Of a DNA stretch of 64,000 nt, positions 25,479 through 36,554 are shown one piece after another; position 1 is the first letter of the stretch, and each line of letters starts with the position of its first letter. The DNA lies in IMG/VR virus record IMGVR_UViG_3300025138_000013. One strand, given 5' to 3'. Source of the stretch: a virus. The translations under genes were made by a program, and so were the position numbers. Below the pieces are notes generated by a model. It was given only the letters and a program-made list of their open reading frames with translations. It searched no databases and was not told the origin of the DNA.

Positions 25479-26554
25479 TGTTTGGTACATATTTTTATAA
25501 TGAAACAATGAAGAGAGCTGTATCAATTTTTGGTACTCTTTTTAATAACATAACTGTTAAGAAAGTCAAGGCAGATGGAACTGTACTCACGGAACAAAAG
25601 GTACCCATAAGTTATGGGCCGAAACAAAAGTTCCTACAAAGACTAGCAGAAGATGCTGACCTTGGTGATGGTATGAGAACTGCAATCAGTATGCCTAGAC
25701 TTGCATTCGAACTTACAGGGTTTGAATACGATGCAACAAGACAACAAAACAAACTAATTAGAAGTTCTAAATCACAACTAGAGAGTGCAGATACAGGAAA
25801 GAGAGGATTCCAGTATCAACCAGCACCATATAATTTAACATTTAGTCTATCGATTCTTGCAAAGAACATGAACGATGCACTACAAATAGTAGAACAAATA
25901 CTACCATATTTCCAACCCGAATACACAGTTACCATGAAGATGATTGACTCTATGGTTGATTACAGAGACGTACCTATCATTCTAGGTTCTGTAACAATGG
26001 AAGACCAATACGAAGGTTCATTCGAAGAAAGACGTGTGATTGAGTACACATTAGAGTTTACTATGAAGTTATATTTCTTCGGCCCAGTATATACTGGTGA
26101 AGTTATTAAGAATGTTATTGAAAGAACATACATATCAGACGGAGTGCAAGGTCAAGTTAAGACTGCAAGTGGTCTATTCACTACCAGTGAGATAGACGGT
26201 AGTGGACTGGTTAAAGAAGTCAAACATTACGAACCAGCCTTTGGAGAAACAACCTCAACTGCAGTATCTTCATCCACTACAATCTCTTTTGCAACGGCTA
26301 TAAATACTAAGATAAGTGCAAACGATGAAGTATTCGGTACGAACTTAGCAACGAATCCAACTATAGCTTCGATTGCTGAGGATAAAAAGAGTATTGTTGT
26401 ATCAAGTGCAGTGACATTAGATGCAAAAACTAAACTTAAATTTGTTGGTTCGGTTGACCCAACTGATACATTCGTCGTTGCAGAAACGGTAACATTTTAT
26501 GATGATGGTTCTACAAGAAGCTTTGCAGACGATAGGACTACAGATGCGAGTTAA
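25478..26554 (+). CDS. gp15: Tail sheath stabiliser/terminator gp15 with C-terminal extension
   Basis: YFY.E..K..V..FG.LFN, VP..YGPKQKF, QI.EQILPYFQP. Confidence 0.9.
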   Translation: MFGTYFYNETMKRAVSIFGTLFNNITVKKVKADGTVLTEQKVPISYGPKQKFLQRLAEDADLGDGMRTAISMPRLAFELTGFEYDATRQQNKLIRSSKSQLESADTGKRGFQYQPAPYNLTFSLSILAKNMNDALQIVEQILPYFQPEYTVTMKMIDSMVDYRDVPIILGSVTMEDQYEGSFEERRVIEYTLEFTMKLYFFGPVYTGEVIKNVIERTYISDGVQGQVKTASGLFTTSEIDGSGLVKEVKHYEPAFGETTSTAVSSSTTISFATAINTKISANDEVFGTNLATNPTIASIAEDKKSIVVSSAVTLDAKTKLKFVGSVDPTDTFVVAETVTFYDDGSTRSFADDRTTDAS

Positions 26555-26556
26555 TA

Positions 26557-26973
26557 ATGACAAAAGACACGATAGATAAACAGTTAGATGATGTCTTAGA
26601 CATTCATACTGAAATCAAAACAGAAGTAGAAATACTTCCCAAAAAATTACCTACTGTTAAAGACAGGGGTGAATCAATAGTAAACGACTACAAATATGCA
26701 AGAGAAAATCTCTATGGTCTTGTAGAGCGTGGGCAAGATGCAATTGAAGGTATCTTAGATGTTGCAAAGGAAACAGAACATCCTCGTGCATATGAAGTTG
26801 CTGGACAACTACTTAAAACGGTTGGTGATACTGCAGAAAAATTATTAGACGTGCAGAAGAAATTAAAAGAATTAGAAAAAGACGACGAAGAAAAAAGGAT
26901 TGGAACACAACACAATCATCTCTATGTCGGTTCAACATCTGAGTTGCAGAAATTTCTAAAGAAGAATAAGTAA
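26557..26973 (+). CDS. gp16: Terminase small subunit gp16
   Basis: DY.Y.R.NL, HPRAYEV, VGST.ELQK. Confidence 0.93.
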   Translation: MTKDTIDKQLDDVLDIHTEIKTEVEILPKKLPTVKDRGESIVNDYKYARENLYGLVERGQDAIEGILDVAKETEHPRAYEVAGQLLKTVGDTAEKLLDVQKKLKELEKDDEEKRIGTQHNHLYVGSTSELQKFLKKNK

Positions 26974-28562
26974 TGGTACAACCTACAAACGAGGGATACT
27001 TAGGTAACAACCTCATCAAACGTTCGGGTATAGAACATCAATATACCGAAAAAGAGCTTGCAGAATACATGAAGTGTTCTGAAGACCCATGTCATTTCAT
27101 TGAAAATTACACACAAATTATATCACTAGATGAAGGTATGGTACCTTTTAAGCTTCGTGGATATCAAGATAAACTTATAAAACATTACGATAGTAATCGT
27201 TTTAATGTAGTACTTGCATCAAGACAGAGTGGTAAATCAATCACATCATGTGCATACTTATTGTGGTATCTAGTGTTTCATCCCGAGGTTACTGTAGCAG
27301 TTCTTGCAAACAAAGGTGCAATTGCAAGGGAGATGATTGCACGTATTGTTACCATGTTAGAATCAGTTCCGTTCTTTTTACAGCCGGGCGTTAAGATTCT
27401 CAACAAAGGTTCGATAGAATTTGCAAACGACTCGAAGGTTGTTGCAGCTGCAACGTCCTCATCATCCATTCGTGGTATGTCTATCAACCTACTATATTTG
27501 GATGAGTTTGCATTCGTAGAAGACGCTGCAACATTCTATACTGCAACATATCCAGTGGTAACATCGGGTAAAGATTCAAAGGTTATTATTACCTCTACTG
27601 CAAACGGTGTAGGTAATATGTTTCATAAGATATATGAGAGTGCAGTACACGGACAATCAGAGTACAAAGACTTCCTTATTAATTGGTTTGATGTGCCAGG
27701 CAGAGATGAAGAATGGAAAAAACAAACCATTGCAAATACATCGGAAGCACAGTTTGAACAAGAGTATGGTAACTCGTTCTTAGGAACTGGTAATACTCTT
27801 ATTAATAGTAACACACTATTAGAGATGAAAGCAGTAGACGGTGAATGGATGAGAGACGGTTTCACAATGTATAATAAACCAATAGAAGGTCATGAGTACA
27901 TAGTAACAGTCGACGTGGCAAAGGGTAGAGGGATGGATTGGTCGACGTTTACTATCTTCGATGTGTCTACACAACCCTTTAAACAAGTGGCTGTGTACAG
28001 AGATAACATGATAAGTCCCCTTCTCTTCCCCGATATTATAAATAAGTTTGTAACACCTTACAATAAGCCAATTGTAATAATTGAGAATAATAACGAAGGT
28101 GCTATGGTGGCTAATCAACTACACTATGATATAGAGTACGAAAACGTCTTTACTCAAGGTTTTGCAAAAGCAGAAGACATTGGAGTTACGATGTCGAGAA
28201 AGATTAAACGTATCGGTTGTTCTACAATGAAAGAGTTGTTGGAAGAACACAGATTAGAGTTAGTGGATAGACCTACAATCACGGAGCTTATGACCTTCAT
28301 AAATAAAGGTACTAGTTTCGAGGCTGATAGAGGATATCACGACGACATGGTAATGAATGTCGTAATGTTCAGTTGGTTTATCACCACAGAATACTTTTAT
28401 CACTTGACTGATACACAAGTCAAAGACTTGTTGTATGCAGAACAACAGAAGATAATTCAAGACGACTTGCTACCAGCGGGAGTCTTTGGAGATGTTTCAC
28501 AACAGGAAACATCATTTGTTGATAATCAAGGTGATAGATGGTATCACAAAAACATGGAATAG
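26973..28562 (+). CDS. gp17: Terminase large subunit gp17
   Basis: RQSGKS Walker A, YLDEFAF Walker B, STANG, C-terminal nuclease HDD. Confidence 0.96.
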   Translation: MVQPTNEGYLGNNLIKRSGIEHQYTEKELAEYMKCSEDPCHFIENYTQIISLDEGMVPFKLRGYQDKLIKHYDSNRFNVVLASRQSGKSITSCAYLLWYLVFHPEVTVAVLANKGAIAREMIARIVTMLESVPFFLQPGVKILNKGSIEFANDSKVVAAATSSSSIRGMSINLLYLDEFAFVEDAATFYTATYPVVTSGKDSKVIITSTANGVGNMFHKIYESAVHGQSEYKDFLINWFDVPGRDEEWKKQTIANTSEAQFEQEYGNSFLGTGNTLINSNTLLEMKAVDGEWMRDGFTMYNKPIEGHEYIVTVDVAKGRGMDWSTFTIFDVSTQPFKQVAVYRDNMISPLLFPDIINKFVTPYNKPIVIIENNNEGAMVANQLHYDIEYENVFTQGFAKAEDIGVTMSRKIKRIGCSTMKELLEEHRLELVDRPTITELMTFINKGTSFEADRGYHDDMVMNVVMFSWFITTEYFYHLTDTQVKDLLYAEQQKIIQDDLLPAGVFGDVSQQETSFVDNQGDRWYHKNME

Positions 28563-28594
28563 TAATAAAGCTATTAAGTTAGGAAATTAAAAGT

Positions 28595-28602
28595 TATAAA
28601 TA
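28595..28602 (+). promoter_or_regulatory. T4-type late promoter TATAAATA
   Basis: Exact consensus upstream of gp18. Confidence 0.8.
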
Positions 28603-28641
28603 AAACAGTAAACAACTTTTTACATTAACAGGAGAAAAAGT

Positions 28642-30642
28642 ATGGCATTTCAAGTATCACCAGGCGTACAGGTCAAAGAGGTAGACCTTACAAATGTTGT
28701 ACCAGCAGTATCAAGCACAACTGGTGCTTTCGCTGGTTCATTCCAATGGGGCCCTGTTGATGAAGTTAAGACAGTTTCAGATACAAAGGGTTTAGTCGAT
28801 GAGTTTTACGAACCAGCTAATACACTTGCAGGAGCAGAAGACTTTTATTCAGCAGAAGCATTTTTAAGATATGGTTCATCTCTTAAAGTAGTTAGGATTA
28901 ACACCACAGGTTTGTTTAGTGCAAATACTGGTGGTTCTACATCATCACTTTTAAAGAATCATGACGAATATGTTCAATCATACGAGAGTGGAGCTCTCGG
29001 TGGAACAGTAGGTAAATGGATTGCAAGATGCCCTGGCGTCTTAGGTAATTCATTGAAAGTTTCTGTATGTGCATCCTCAGATGCATATTACAATGATGCA
29101 GCGACAACAACAGGTGCCGAAGAGGCAGCTGGTCAAACCGTTATAACACTTTCGAGTGGTGGCGGTGCATTAGTACAAGTCAGAGACATCATCACATTTG
29201 GTTCAACAACTCAACAATATAGAGTTCTAGCAATCAACTCAGACAATATCACAATCGAAGCATTAGGACAACCAACAGGAACAGGTCTAGTAGCAACCGT
29301 TGCAAACAATACTGCAGTTAATAGATACTGGGAATTCTATGCATCATTCGATAAAGCTCCAGGCAAGTCTGCATCAGCAACAACAGCTAGTGGAACAACA
29401 GACGAAATTCACGTAGTCGTAGTAGACGAAGAGGGTTTAATCACAGGAGTTCCACACACAATGTTAGAGACTTATGGATTTGTTTCTCTTGCCTCAGACG
29501 CAAAAGATACAAGTGGTGAGTCTAACTACTACAGAAATGTAATAGGAAACAGTTCAGAGTGGGTATATTGGGGACAACATTCAACTGCAATGGTTAACAG
29601 TGCAGCGGAACATAGAACACACGCAGTATCAGCGACTACGGGTAAAGCATTCTTAAGACCAACATTGGCAGAAGTTTCATCTTTAGATAAAGGTAGTAAT
29701 GGAAAAACTGCAACTGCAGCTCAGAAGTACGGTGCATGGGAAACCCATTTTAAAGATGGTGAAACATCTGATATATCTTTCCTAATTACAGGTTCATCAA
29801 GAACTGCTGATTCAAGCGGTAATGACCAAGACATTCTTGCAGACTGGACTACTCTTGCTAACCAAGCAGTTATGATTGCAGAAGGTAGAAAGGATTGTAT
29901 TGCAGTAATATCTCCAAGACGTGCAGACGTTGTTGGTATTACTTCAGAGTCATCACAAGCAGCTAACGTTATCACAACTGCTAACACTATGTCTTCAAGT
30001 TCATATGCCGTAATTGACAGCGGTTGGACATATCAATATGACAGATACAACGATAAGTACTGTTACGTACCTGCTAACGGACATACAGCAGGCATAATGG
30101 CACGGTCTGACCTACTAAGAGATGCATGGTTCTCACCAGCAGGATTCTCTAGAGGACAGTACCTAGGAATTACTAAACTTGCGTTTAACCCTTCACAAGC
30201 ATCTAGAGATGACTTGTACAGAGCAAGAGTTAATCCAGTAGTAACATTCCCAGGCCAAGGAACAATTCTTTACGGTGATAAGACAGCATTAACTTCTCCA
30301 TCAGCATTTGATAGAATTAATGTCAGAAGATTATTCATAGTATTAGAGAAGGCAATATCAACTGCAGCTAAATCACAACTCTTTGAATTCAATGATGCAT
30401 TCACAAGAGCTCAGTTTAGAGCAGCGGTAGAACCTTTCCTAAGAGATGTAAAAAACAGAAGAGGACTAGTAGATTTCTCAGTAGTTTGTGATGAAACAAA
30501 CAACACTGATTCAGTCATCGATAGAAACGAATTTGTATGTTCTATCTTTGTGAAACCTTCTAGAAGTATTAACTTTATCACTCTTAACTTCGTGGCTGCA
30601 AGGTCGGGTGTTGAGTTTAGTGAAATTTATGGTGCAGTTTAA
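28642..30642 (+). CDS. gp18: Tail sheath protein gp18
   Basis: SPGV..KE.D, WFSPAG..RG, FDRINVRRLF, FEFND. Confidence 0.96.
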   Translation: MAFQVSPGVQVKEVDLTNVVPAVSSTTGAFAGSFQWGPVDEVKTVSDTKGLVDEFYEPANTLAGAEDFYSAEAFLRYGSSLKVVRINTTGLFSANTGGSTSSLLKNHDEYVQSYESGALGGTVGKWIARCPGVLGNSLKVSVCASSDAYYNDAATTTGAEEAAGQTVITLSSGGGALVQVRDIITFGSTTQQYRVLAINSDNITIEALGQPTGTGLVATVANNTAVNRYWEFYASFDKAPGKSASATTASGTTDEIHVVVVDEEGLITGVPHTMLETYGFVSLASDAKDTSGESNYYRNVIGNSSEWVYWGQHSTAMVNSAAEHRTHAVSATTGKAFLRPTLAEVSSLDKGSNGKTATAAQKYGAWETHFKDGETSDISFLITGSSRTADSSGNDQDILADWTTLANQAVMIAEGRKDCIAVISPRRADVVGITSESSQAANVITTANTMSSSSYAVIDSGWTYQYDRYNDKYCYVPANGHTAGIMARSDLLRDAWFSPAGFSRGQYLGITKLAFNPSQASRDDLYRARVNPVVTFPGQGTILYGDKTALTSPSAFDRINVRRLFIVLEKAISTAAKSQLFEFNDAFTRAQFRAAVEPFLRDVKNRRGLVDFSVVCDETNNTDSVIDRNEFVCSIFVKPSRSINFITLNFVAARSGVEFSEIYGAV

Positions 30643-30654
30643 GGAGTATAAAAC

Positions 30655-31152
30655 ATGGCAACAATAGACCAATTTAAAGCACAACTAATCGGTGGTGGCC
30701 CAAGAGCAAACCGTTTTAGAGTATTCTTACCAAGAGCTGGAAACAATATCGAGTTCATGTGTAAAGGTGCAAACATCCCAGCTGCAACCTTAAGTGAAGT
30801 TGTAATACCTTTTAGAGGAGCAAACTTAAAGTTAGCAGGAGAACGTTCTTTTGCAGACTGGTCAGTTACTATTATCAATGATATGGAATTTTCAGCAAGA
30901 ACTGCTTTAGAAGCATGGCAGATGGAAATCCAAGCAATGGATAGTGGTGAAGGGTCTACTACACTTGATTACTTACTATCAAGAGGATTTGTAGAACAGT
31001 TAAATAAAGACGACTCAGTTCTAGCGAGATACGAGTTCTTCAACATGTTCCCTAAAAACATCGGTGAAATAGCATTAAGCTATGAAACAGTAGATGCATT
31101 AGAAGAATTTACAGTTGATTTGACTTTCTCTCACTGGGAAAGAGTTCTTTAA
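30655..31152 (+). CDS. gp19: Tail tube protein gp19
   Basis: GGG.RAN.F.V, AG.R.F..W..T..ND, P..I..I.LS. Confidence 0.93.
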   Translation: MATIDQFKAQLIGGGPRANRFRVFLPRAGNNIEFMCKGANIPAATLSEVVIPFRGANLKLAGERSFADWSVTIINDMEFSARTALEAWQMEIQAMDSGEGSTTLDYLLSRGFVEQLNKDDSVLARYEFFNMFPKNIGEIALSYETVDALEEFTVDLTFSHWERVL

Positions 31153-31181
31153 ACAAAGTGAAAAACCCACTTTTAGAGTGG

Positions 31182-31189
31182 TATAAATA
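31182..31189 (+). promoter_or_regulatory. T4-type late promoter TATAAATA
   Basis: Exact consensus, 5 nt before gp20 ATG. Confidence 0.8.
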
Positions 31190-31194
31190 TTAGT

Positions 31195-32730
31195 ATGGAA
31201 ATTTTAGGATTTGAAATATCCCGTAAAAAGGATGACTTAAGAACAAAGGAGTTGCCTCAGGCACCTTCTTTTGTTCCACCAGTTGATGATGACGGTACAC
31301 CAGTCATACAACAACAAAGTGGATTCATAGGTGGCGGAGCATATGGTGCATACGTCGATATGGAAGGCGGTATCAAGAACGAGGCAGAACTCATTCGTCG
31401 ATATCGTGAAGTGTCTTTGGTGCCAGAATGTGATTCTGCAATCGAAGATATAGTTAATGAGTGTATCACATCGGATAGTTCTGATAGGATAGTCACACTC
31501 GACCTCAGAGATGTTAAGCTCTCTGACAGTATCAAAGGTAAGATACAAGACGAGTTTTACAGCATCCTATCAATGATGAAGTTCAATCAGAACTCTCATG
31601 AATTATTCAGAAAATGGTACGTAGATGGAAGAGTATACTTCCACAAAGTCGTTGACGCTAAAAATACCAAAAGAGGTATAGTAGACTTAAGAAACATTGA
31701 CCCGATTAAGATTAAGAAGGTCAGAAACATTGAAAAAGAAAGAGACCCTAAGACTAAAATCGAAAGGATTTCAAAAATAGAAGAGTTCTATGTTTTCAAT
31801 GATAAAGGATTTGATAAATCCAGTGCAGCGGAAGGAAACACTGTACGAATTGCACCCGAGGCAGTTACATATACGACTTCGGGATTACTTGATTACACTA
31901 AGAATGTAGTCATCGGGTATCTGCACAAGGCATTGAAGACTGCAAATCAGTTATCAATGATGGAAGATGCACTTGTTATCTACAGGATTTCAAGAGCTCC
32001 CGAAAGAAGAATATTCTACATCGATGTAGGTAACCTTCCAAAAGCAAAAGCAGAACAGTATCTTGCTGATGTAATGAACCGATACAAGAACAAGTTGGTT
32101 TACAATGCAGATACAGGTGAAATCAAAGATGATAGAAAACATATGAGTATGTTAGAAGATTTTTGGTTACCTAGAAGAGAAGGTGGTAGAGGAACAGAGA
32201 TTACTACATTGCCAGGCGGACAAAACCTAGCAGATATAGATGATATCGAATACTTCAAGAAGAAGTTATATCAGTCTCTAAACGTACCTTCATCTAGAAT
32301 GGAAGCAGACAATGGGTTTAACATGGGTCGTGCTTCAGAGATTTCTAGAGATGAACTTAAGTTTAATAAGTTCACAAACAGACTTCAGAAGAAGTTTGGA
32401 AGAGTTTTTACAGACATTCTTAAGACACAATTAGTACTTAAGGAAGTCGTAACAGGTGAAGAGTTCGATAAAATAAAGGACTTTTTCCTGTATGATTATG
32501 CAACAGACAACCACTTTACAGAGTTGAAAGATGCAGAAATTTTAAGAGAGAGATTAGATACTCTCGGTCAGGCAGCTGATTACATTGGTAAATACTACTC
32601 AGATGAATATATCAGAAAGTATGTACTAAGACAAACAGAAGAAGACATAAAAATAATTGATGCCCAAATCAAAAAAGAAGGAAGTGATGAGGGTGGAGAC
32701 GATAACGAAGATGACTTCGGTGGATTTTAG
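31195..32730 (+). CDS. gp20: Portal protein gp20
   Basis: YR..RAPERRIFYIDVGNLP, LEDFWLPRREGG.GTEI.TLPG. Confidence 0.97.
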   Translation: MEILGFEISRKKDDLRTKELPQAPSFVPPVDDDGTPVIQQQSGFIGGGAYGAYVDMEGGIKNEAELIRRYREVSLVPECDSAIEDIVNECITSDSSDRIVTLDLRDVKLSDSIKGKIQDEFYSILSMMKFNQNSHELFRKWYVDGRVYFHKVVDAKNTKRGIVDLRNIDPIKIKKVRNIEKERDPKTKIERISKIEEFYVFNDKGFDKSSAAEGNTVRIAPEAVTYTTSGLLDYTKNVVIGYLHKALKTANQLSMMEDALVIYRISRAPERRIFYIDVGNLPKAKAEQYLADVMNRYKNKLVYNADTGEIKDDRKHMSMLEDFWLPRREGGRGTEITTLPGGQNLADIDDIEYFKKKLYQSLNVPSSRMEADNGFNMGRASEISRDELKFNKFTNRLQKKFGRVFTDILKTQLVLKEVVTGEEFDKIKDFFLYDYATDNHFTELKDAEILRERLDTLGQAADYIGKYYSDEYIRKYVLRQTEEDIKIIDAQIKKEGSDEGGDDNEDDFGGF

Positions 32731-32739
32731 GAGTAAATT

Positions 32740-32916
32740 ATGAGTAGCGAAATAGCAAAACAAATCGTTGACCAAATAGAAGCAGGTCAACTTGAAGCTG
32801 CAAAAGGTTCTATCGGTGATGGAATTAAGAAAGCAGCTGCAGATGCAGTAGACATGAAGAGAGTTAATGCTCAAGTCGACTGGATGGATGCACCACAGGA
32901 ACCTACAGGAGAGTAG
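32740..32916 (+). CDS. Small prohead core protein (gp67-like by position), 58 aa, not in ORF track
   Basis: MSSEIAKQIVDQIEAG... with SD AGGAG; between gp20 and gp21. Confidence 0.55.
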   Translation: MSSEIAKQIVDQIEAGQLEAAKGSIGDGIKKAAADAVDMKRVNAQVDWMDAPQEPTGE

Positions 32917-32917
32917 A

Positions 32918-33220
32918 GTGAAGTCCTTTAAAACAGTACAACTAGAACTTAACGAGGCAAAAATTAAATTGCCAAGTGGTTCCAAAGAACTTAAAGTTGA
33001 TGTTGCAAAGGTCGGTGGTAAGAAGATATCTGTATCTTATGTTCAGAACAAAAGAAATAAGGTAGATGTATATCTAGATGGTAATCTCTTTAGTGGAGAT
33101 TCACCATATAAAGATTTAAAAGCTGCAGAGAAAGAAATGAAAGACATTAAAAAAATAATGTCAAACATGTCCGAAGAAGGTATAAACATAGAGGAAATTA
33201 TAAATGAAATTAATATCTGA
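32918..33220 (+). CDS. Basic protein, possible prohead core (gp68 position)
   Basis: GTG start after upstream stop; Lys-rich; synteny only. Confidence 0.45.
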   Translation: MKSFKTVQLELNEAKIKLPSGSKELKVDVAKVGGKKISVSYVQNKRNKVDVYLDGNLFSGDSPYKDLKAAEKEMKDIKKIMSNMSEEGINIEEIINEINI

Positions 33221-33857
33221 ATATAATGACTATCAAATGTCACCAGTAATCATTGAAGCAAATGAGAAAGGACAGAAGGAATACTTCATAGAAGGAGTGT
33301 TCATGCAGTCAGAAATTAAAAACCGTAACGGTAGAGTTTATCCTAAAGAGATAATGGAAAAAGAAGTTAACCGTTATAGAAAAGAATTCGTTGAGAAGGA
33401 TAGAGCATTTGGAGAACTCGGACATCCCGAGGGCCCGACTATTAATCTTGACAAAGTGTCCCATTTAATTACATCTTTAGAAGAAGATGGTAACAATTAT
33501 ATTGGACGTGCAAAGATTTTGAGCACACCCAACGGTCAGATTGTAAGAAATCTAATCGATGATGGTGCCAAATTGGGAGTATCATCTAGAGGATTAGGTT
33601 CCTTAGAAGAAAAAGGTGGTGCTCAATACGTAAAAGGTGACTTCCAATTGGCAACAGCAGCCGATATAGTTGCAGACCCATCTGCTCCCGAGGCCTTCGT
33701 TGAAGGTATATACGAGGGTGTAGAGTGGATTATGTCTAACGGTATATTGAAAGCAGTTGATTCGGAGAGCATGAGAACCCAATTAAGGGGTGCTAAACTG
33801 AATAAATTAGAAGAAACCAAGTTAAATCTATGGAAAAGGTTTGTTGAAAGCCTATAA
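33204..33857 (+). CDS. gp21: Prohead protease gp21
   Basis: N.NGR.YP, GELGHP, GVSSRG.GS, D.VADPSAP.A. Confidence 0.96.
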   Translation: MKLISEYNDYQMSPVIIEANEKGQKEYFIEGVFMQSEIKNRNGRVYPKEIMEKEVNRYRKEFVEKDRAFGELGHPEGPTINLDKVSHLITSLEEDGNNYIGRAKILSTPNGQIVRNLIDDGAKLGVSSRGLGSLEEKGGAQYVKGDFQLATAADIVADPSAPEAFVEGIYEGVEWIMSNGILKAVDSESMRTQLRGAKLNKLEETKLNLWKRFVESL

Positions 33858-33859
33858 CA

Positions 33860-33867
33860 TATAAATA
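33860..33867 (+). promoter_or_regulatory. T4-type late promoter TATAAATA
   Basis: Exact consensus upstream of gp22. Confidence 0.8.
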
Positions 33868-33895
33868 AAAAAGTAAACTCAAACAGGAGAAAAAC

Positions 33896-35236
33896 ATGGC
33901 AGAGTTAGAAAATAACCTAGAAAGTACAGAAGTAGAAGTTTCTGAAGCGAAACAACCTACAGACGGTGCTCAAAAAGGTGACGCGAAACCTGTTAAGCAA
34001 GGTTCATCAGATGCCGAGAAAATCGAAAGCGGTAAAGCTGAAGTCGTCAAACCCGAAGAAAATCCTGTTGACAAAGCAGTTGATGCACAGAAGAAAGCAG
34101 AAAATGTGAAACCAGTTAAGTCTGACCCACATCAAAAGAATGCTGGAAAAGGTGACAGTCAACCTAAACTTGCAAAAGTTTCAGAAGAAGAAGACTCTAA
34201 AGATGTTGTTAAGGCAACAAAAATGGAATCAATCAAAGCTATCGTCAACAACATGAAGGAAATGACTAAGGAAGAACTTCAAACTAGATTCAGTTCTATA
34301 TCAGAAGAAGAAGTTGACGAAACCTTGACTAAAGCAGAAGTAGCTAGAAAAATTGTTGAATCACTAAAGTCTATGGACGAAGAAGCAGTATCAGATATTG
34401 CTGAGAAGTGGTCTAAGGAAGAAGAAGAGGAAGAAGAAGTCAAAGAGGAAATCGTTGACGAAGAAACTTCTGCAGAGCTCGAAGCAAATCTAGTCGAGAT
34501 TGAAGTAGAAGACGACCTATCTAAAATCTCAGAAGCATTAGATTTATCAGATGAAAATGCTGATAAAGCTAGAACTATCTTCAAGGCTGCAGTCTCATCT
34601 AAAGTAGAAGAGATTAAAGAGTCTTTAGAAAATCAATATTCAGAAGAATTAAAATCCTCAGTAGAAAAAGTCAAAGCCGACCTCGCAGAAGGCGTTGACA
34701 AGTATCTTTCTTATGTTGCGGAAGAGTGGACGAAAGAAAACGAACTTGCAATTGAAAGAGGATTGAGAGCTGAGATGACTGAAAACTTCATCGACGGATT
34801 GAAAACATTGTTCACAGAACATTATGTTGACGTTCCCGAAGATAAGTATAACGTTATCGATGAACTCGCAAATCGTCTCGACGAGATGGAACAGAAACTT
34901 GATGGTGAAGTCAGTAAAAATATTGACATTACAGAAGAGTTAGATGCCCTCAAGAGAAGTAACGTGGTAAAGACTGCTGGTGACAGTTTGTCTGAATCAC
35001 AAAAAGAGAAGCTAGAATCATTATCAAATGGTGTAGACTTCAAAGATGAAGCAGACTTCGCTGAGAAGATTGCAGAAATCGCTGAAGCTTACTTCCCAAG
35101 TGATATTGATAAACTAGTTGAGGATACTATTGTAGAAGAAGGAACAGGGGAAATTTCTGAAGAGAAAGAACCAGTACTTGCTCCCGATATGCAACAGTAC
35201 ACTCAAGCAATAACTAAACTAAATCCATTAGGATAA
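33896..35236 (+). CDS. gp22: Prohead scaffold gp22
   Basis: Acidic coiled coil, VD.YL.YV.EEW..EN..AI, GLK.LF.EHY..VP. Confidence 0.92.
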   Translation: MAELENNLESTEVEVSEAKQPTDGAQKGDAKPVKQGSSDAEKIESGKAEVVKPEENPVDKAVDAQKKAENVKPVKSDPHQKNAGKGDSQPKLAKVSEEEDSKDVVKATKMESIKAIVNNMKEMTKEELQTRFSSISEEEVDETLTKAEVARKIVESLKSMDEEAVSDIAEKWSKEEEEEEEVKEEIVDEETSAELEANLVEIEVEDDLSKISEALDLSDENADKARTIFKAAVSSKVEEIKESLENQYSEELKSSVEKVKADLAEGVDKYLSYVAEEWTKENELAIERGLRAEMTENFIDGLKTLFTEHYVDVPEDKYNVIDELANRLDEMEQKLDGEVSKNIDITEELDALKRSNVVKTAGDSLSESQKEKLESLSNGVDFKDEADFAEKIAEIAEAYFPSDIDKLVEDTIVEEGTGEISEEKEPVLAPDMQQYTQAITKLNPLG

Positions 35237-35252
35237 TTTAAAGGAAAATAAA

Positions 35253-36554
35253 ATGTTTTTATCAGAAAACTTACAAGAGAAGTGGCAACCGATTCTAGAA
35301 CACTCCGATTTACCAAAAATCGAAGATAACTACAAGCGTGCTGTTACTGCTGTTATTCTTGAAAACCAAGAGAAGGCCCTTTTCGAAGAAGGCCAAACCC
35401 TTGAAGAAGCAGCACCTTTAAATGCTACTGGAAGTTCTGCAGTTGCTAACTGGAATCCAATCTTGATTTCATTAGTACGTAGAGCTATGCCAAATCTCGT
35501 TGCATACGACATTTGTGGTGTTCAGCCTATGACAGGCCCAACAGGACTTATATTTGCTATGAAAGCAAGATATAACGACTATCCATCTGTAGGAAGAGAA
35601 GGTAAAACTGAAGCATTACATGCTGAAGCAGATACTAAATATTCCAATGACAACCAAGTTGTCGCAGACGGCCCTTTAGCAACACGTAATAGTGACCCAT
35701 TCAATGGTTCATATGCGTCTGATACAGGTGCGGGAATGTCTACAGCAAGTGCAGAAGCACTTGGTGATGTTGAAGCATCAAACGGTTTCGCTCAAATGGC
35801 ATTCACCATTGAGAAAGCAACTGTTACAGCACAATCCAGAGCATTAAAAGCTGAGTACACACTCGAATTAGCACAAGACCTCAAAGCAATCCACGGTCTT
35901 GATGCAGAATCAGAACTAGCAAATATTCTTTCATCAGAAATTCTTGCTGAAATCAACCGTGAAGTTATCAGAAATGTTAACATCCAAGCAAAAACTGGTG
36001 CAGCTGCAACAGCTGTTGCAGGAACGTTCAACTTAGACGTTGACGCAAACGGAAGATGGTCAGTTGAGAAATTCAAAGGATTATTGTTCCAAATAGAAAG
36101 AGAAAGCAACTTCATCGCTAAAGATACACGTAGAGGAAAAGGTAACTTTATCCTATGTTCATCTGATGTAGCTTCTGCTCTATCTATGGCAGGTGTATTA
36201 GATTACGCTCCTGCTCTTAACACTAACTTAAACGTTGACGACACAGGCAATACATTTGCTGGTATCTTAAACGGAAGAGTTAAAGTATATGTTGACCCAT
36301 ATGCTGGTGTTGACTACTTAACAGTAGGTTATAGAGGAACTAACCCTTATGATGCTGGTATGTTCTACTGCCCTTACGTTCCATTACAAATGGTTCGTGC
36401 AGTTGGCGAGAACACATTCCAACCAAAAATCGGTTTCAAAACTAGATATGGTATGGTTTCAAATCCATTTGTCGGTGCTACACCAGCAAACGGACTTGCA
36501 TCAGCAGGTACTAACCAGTACTACAGAAAATTTGCAGTGTCAAACATTCTGTAA
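35253..36554 (+). CDS. gp23: Major capsid protein gp23
   Basis: GVQPM.GPTGLIFAM, ELAQDLKAIHGLDA, FQPKIGFKTRYG. Confidence 0.98.
   Translation: MFLSENLQEKWQPILEHSDLPKIEDNYKRAVTAVILENQEKALFEEGQTLEEAAPLNATGSSAVANWNPILISLVRRAMPNLVAYDICGVQPMTGPTGLIFAMKARYNDYPSVGREGKTEALHAEADTKYSNDNQVVADGPLATRNSDPFNGSYASDTGAGMSTASAEALGDVEASNGFAQMAFTIEKATVTAQSRALKAEYTLELAQDLKAIHGLDAESELANILSSEILAEINREVIRNVNIQAKTGAAATAVAGTFNLDVDANGRWSVEKFKGLLFQIERESNFIAKDTRRGKGNFILCSSDVASALSMAGVLDYAPALNTNLNVDDTGNTFAGILNGRVKVYVDPYAGVDYLTVGYRGTNPYDAGMFYCPYVPLQMVRAVGENTFQPKIGFKTRYGMVSNPFVGATPANGLASAGTNQYYRKFAVSNIL

Noticed and set aside
24615-26554. Extra beta-rich segments in gp14 and gp15 as a novel feature
   Set aside because: Such insertions are common in neck proteins of marine T4-like phages; nothing specific can be supported from sequence alone.
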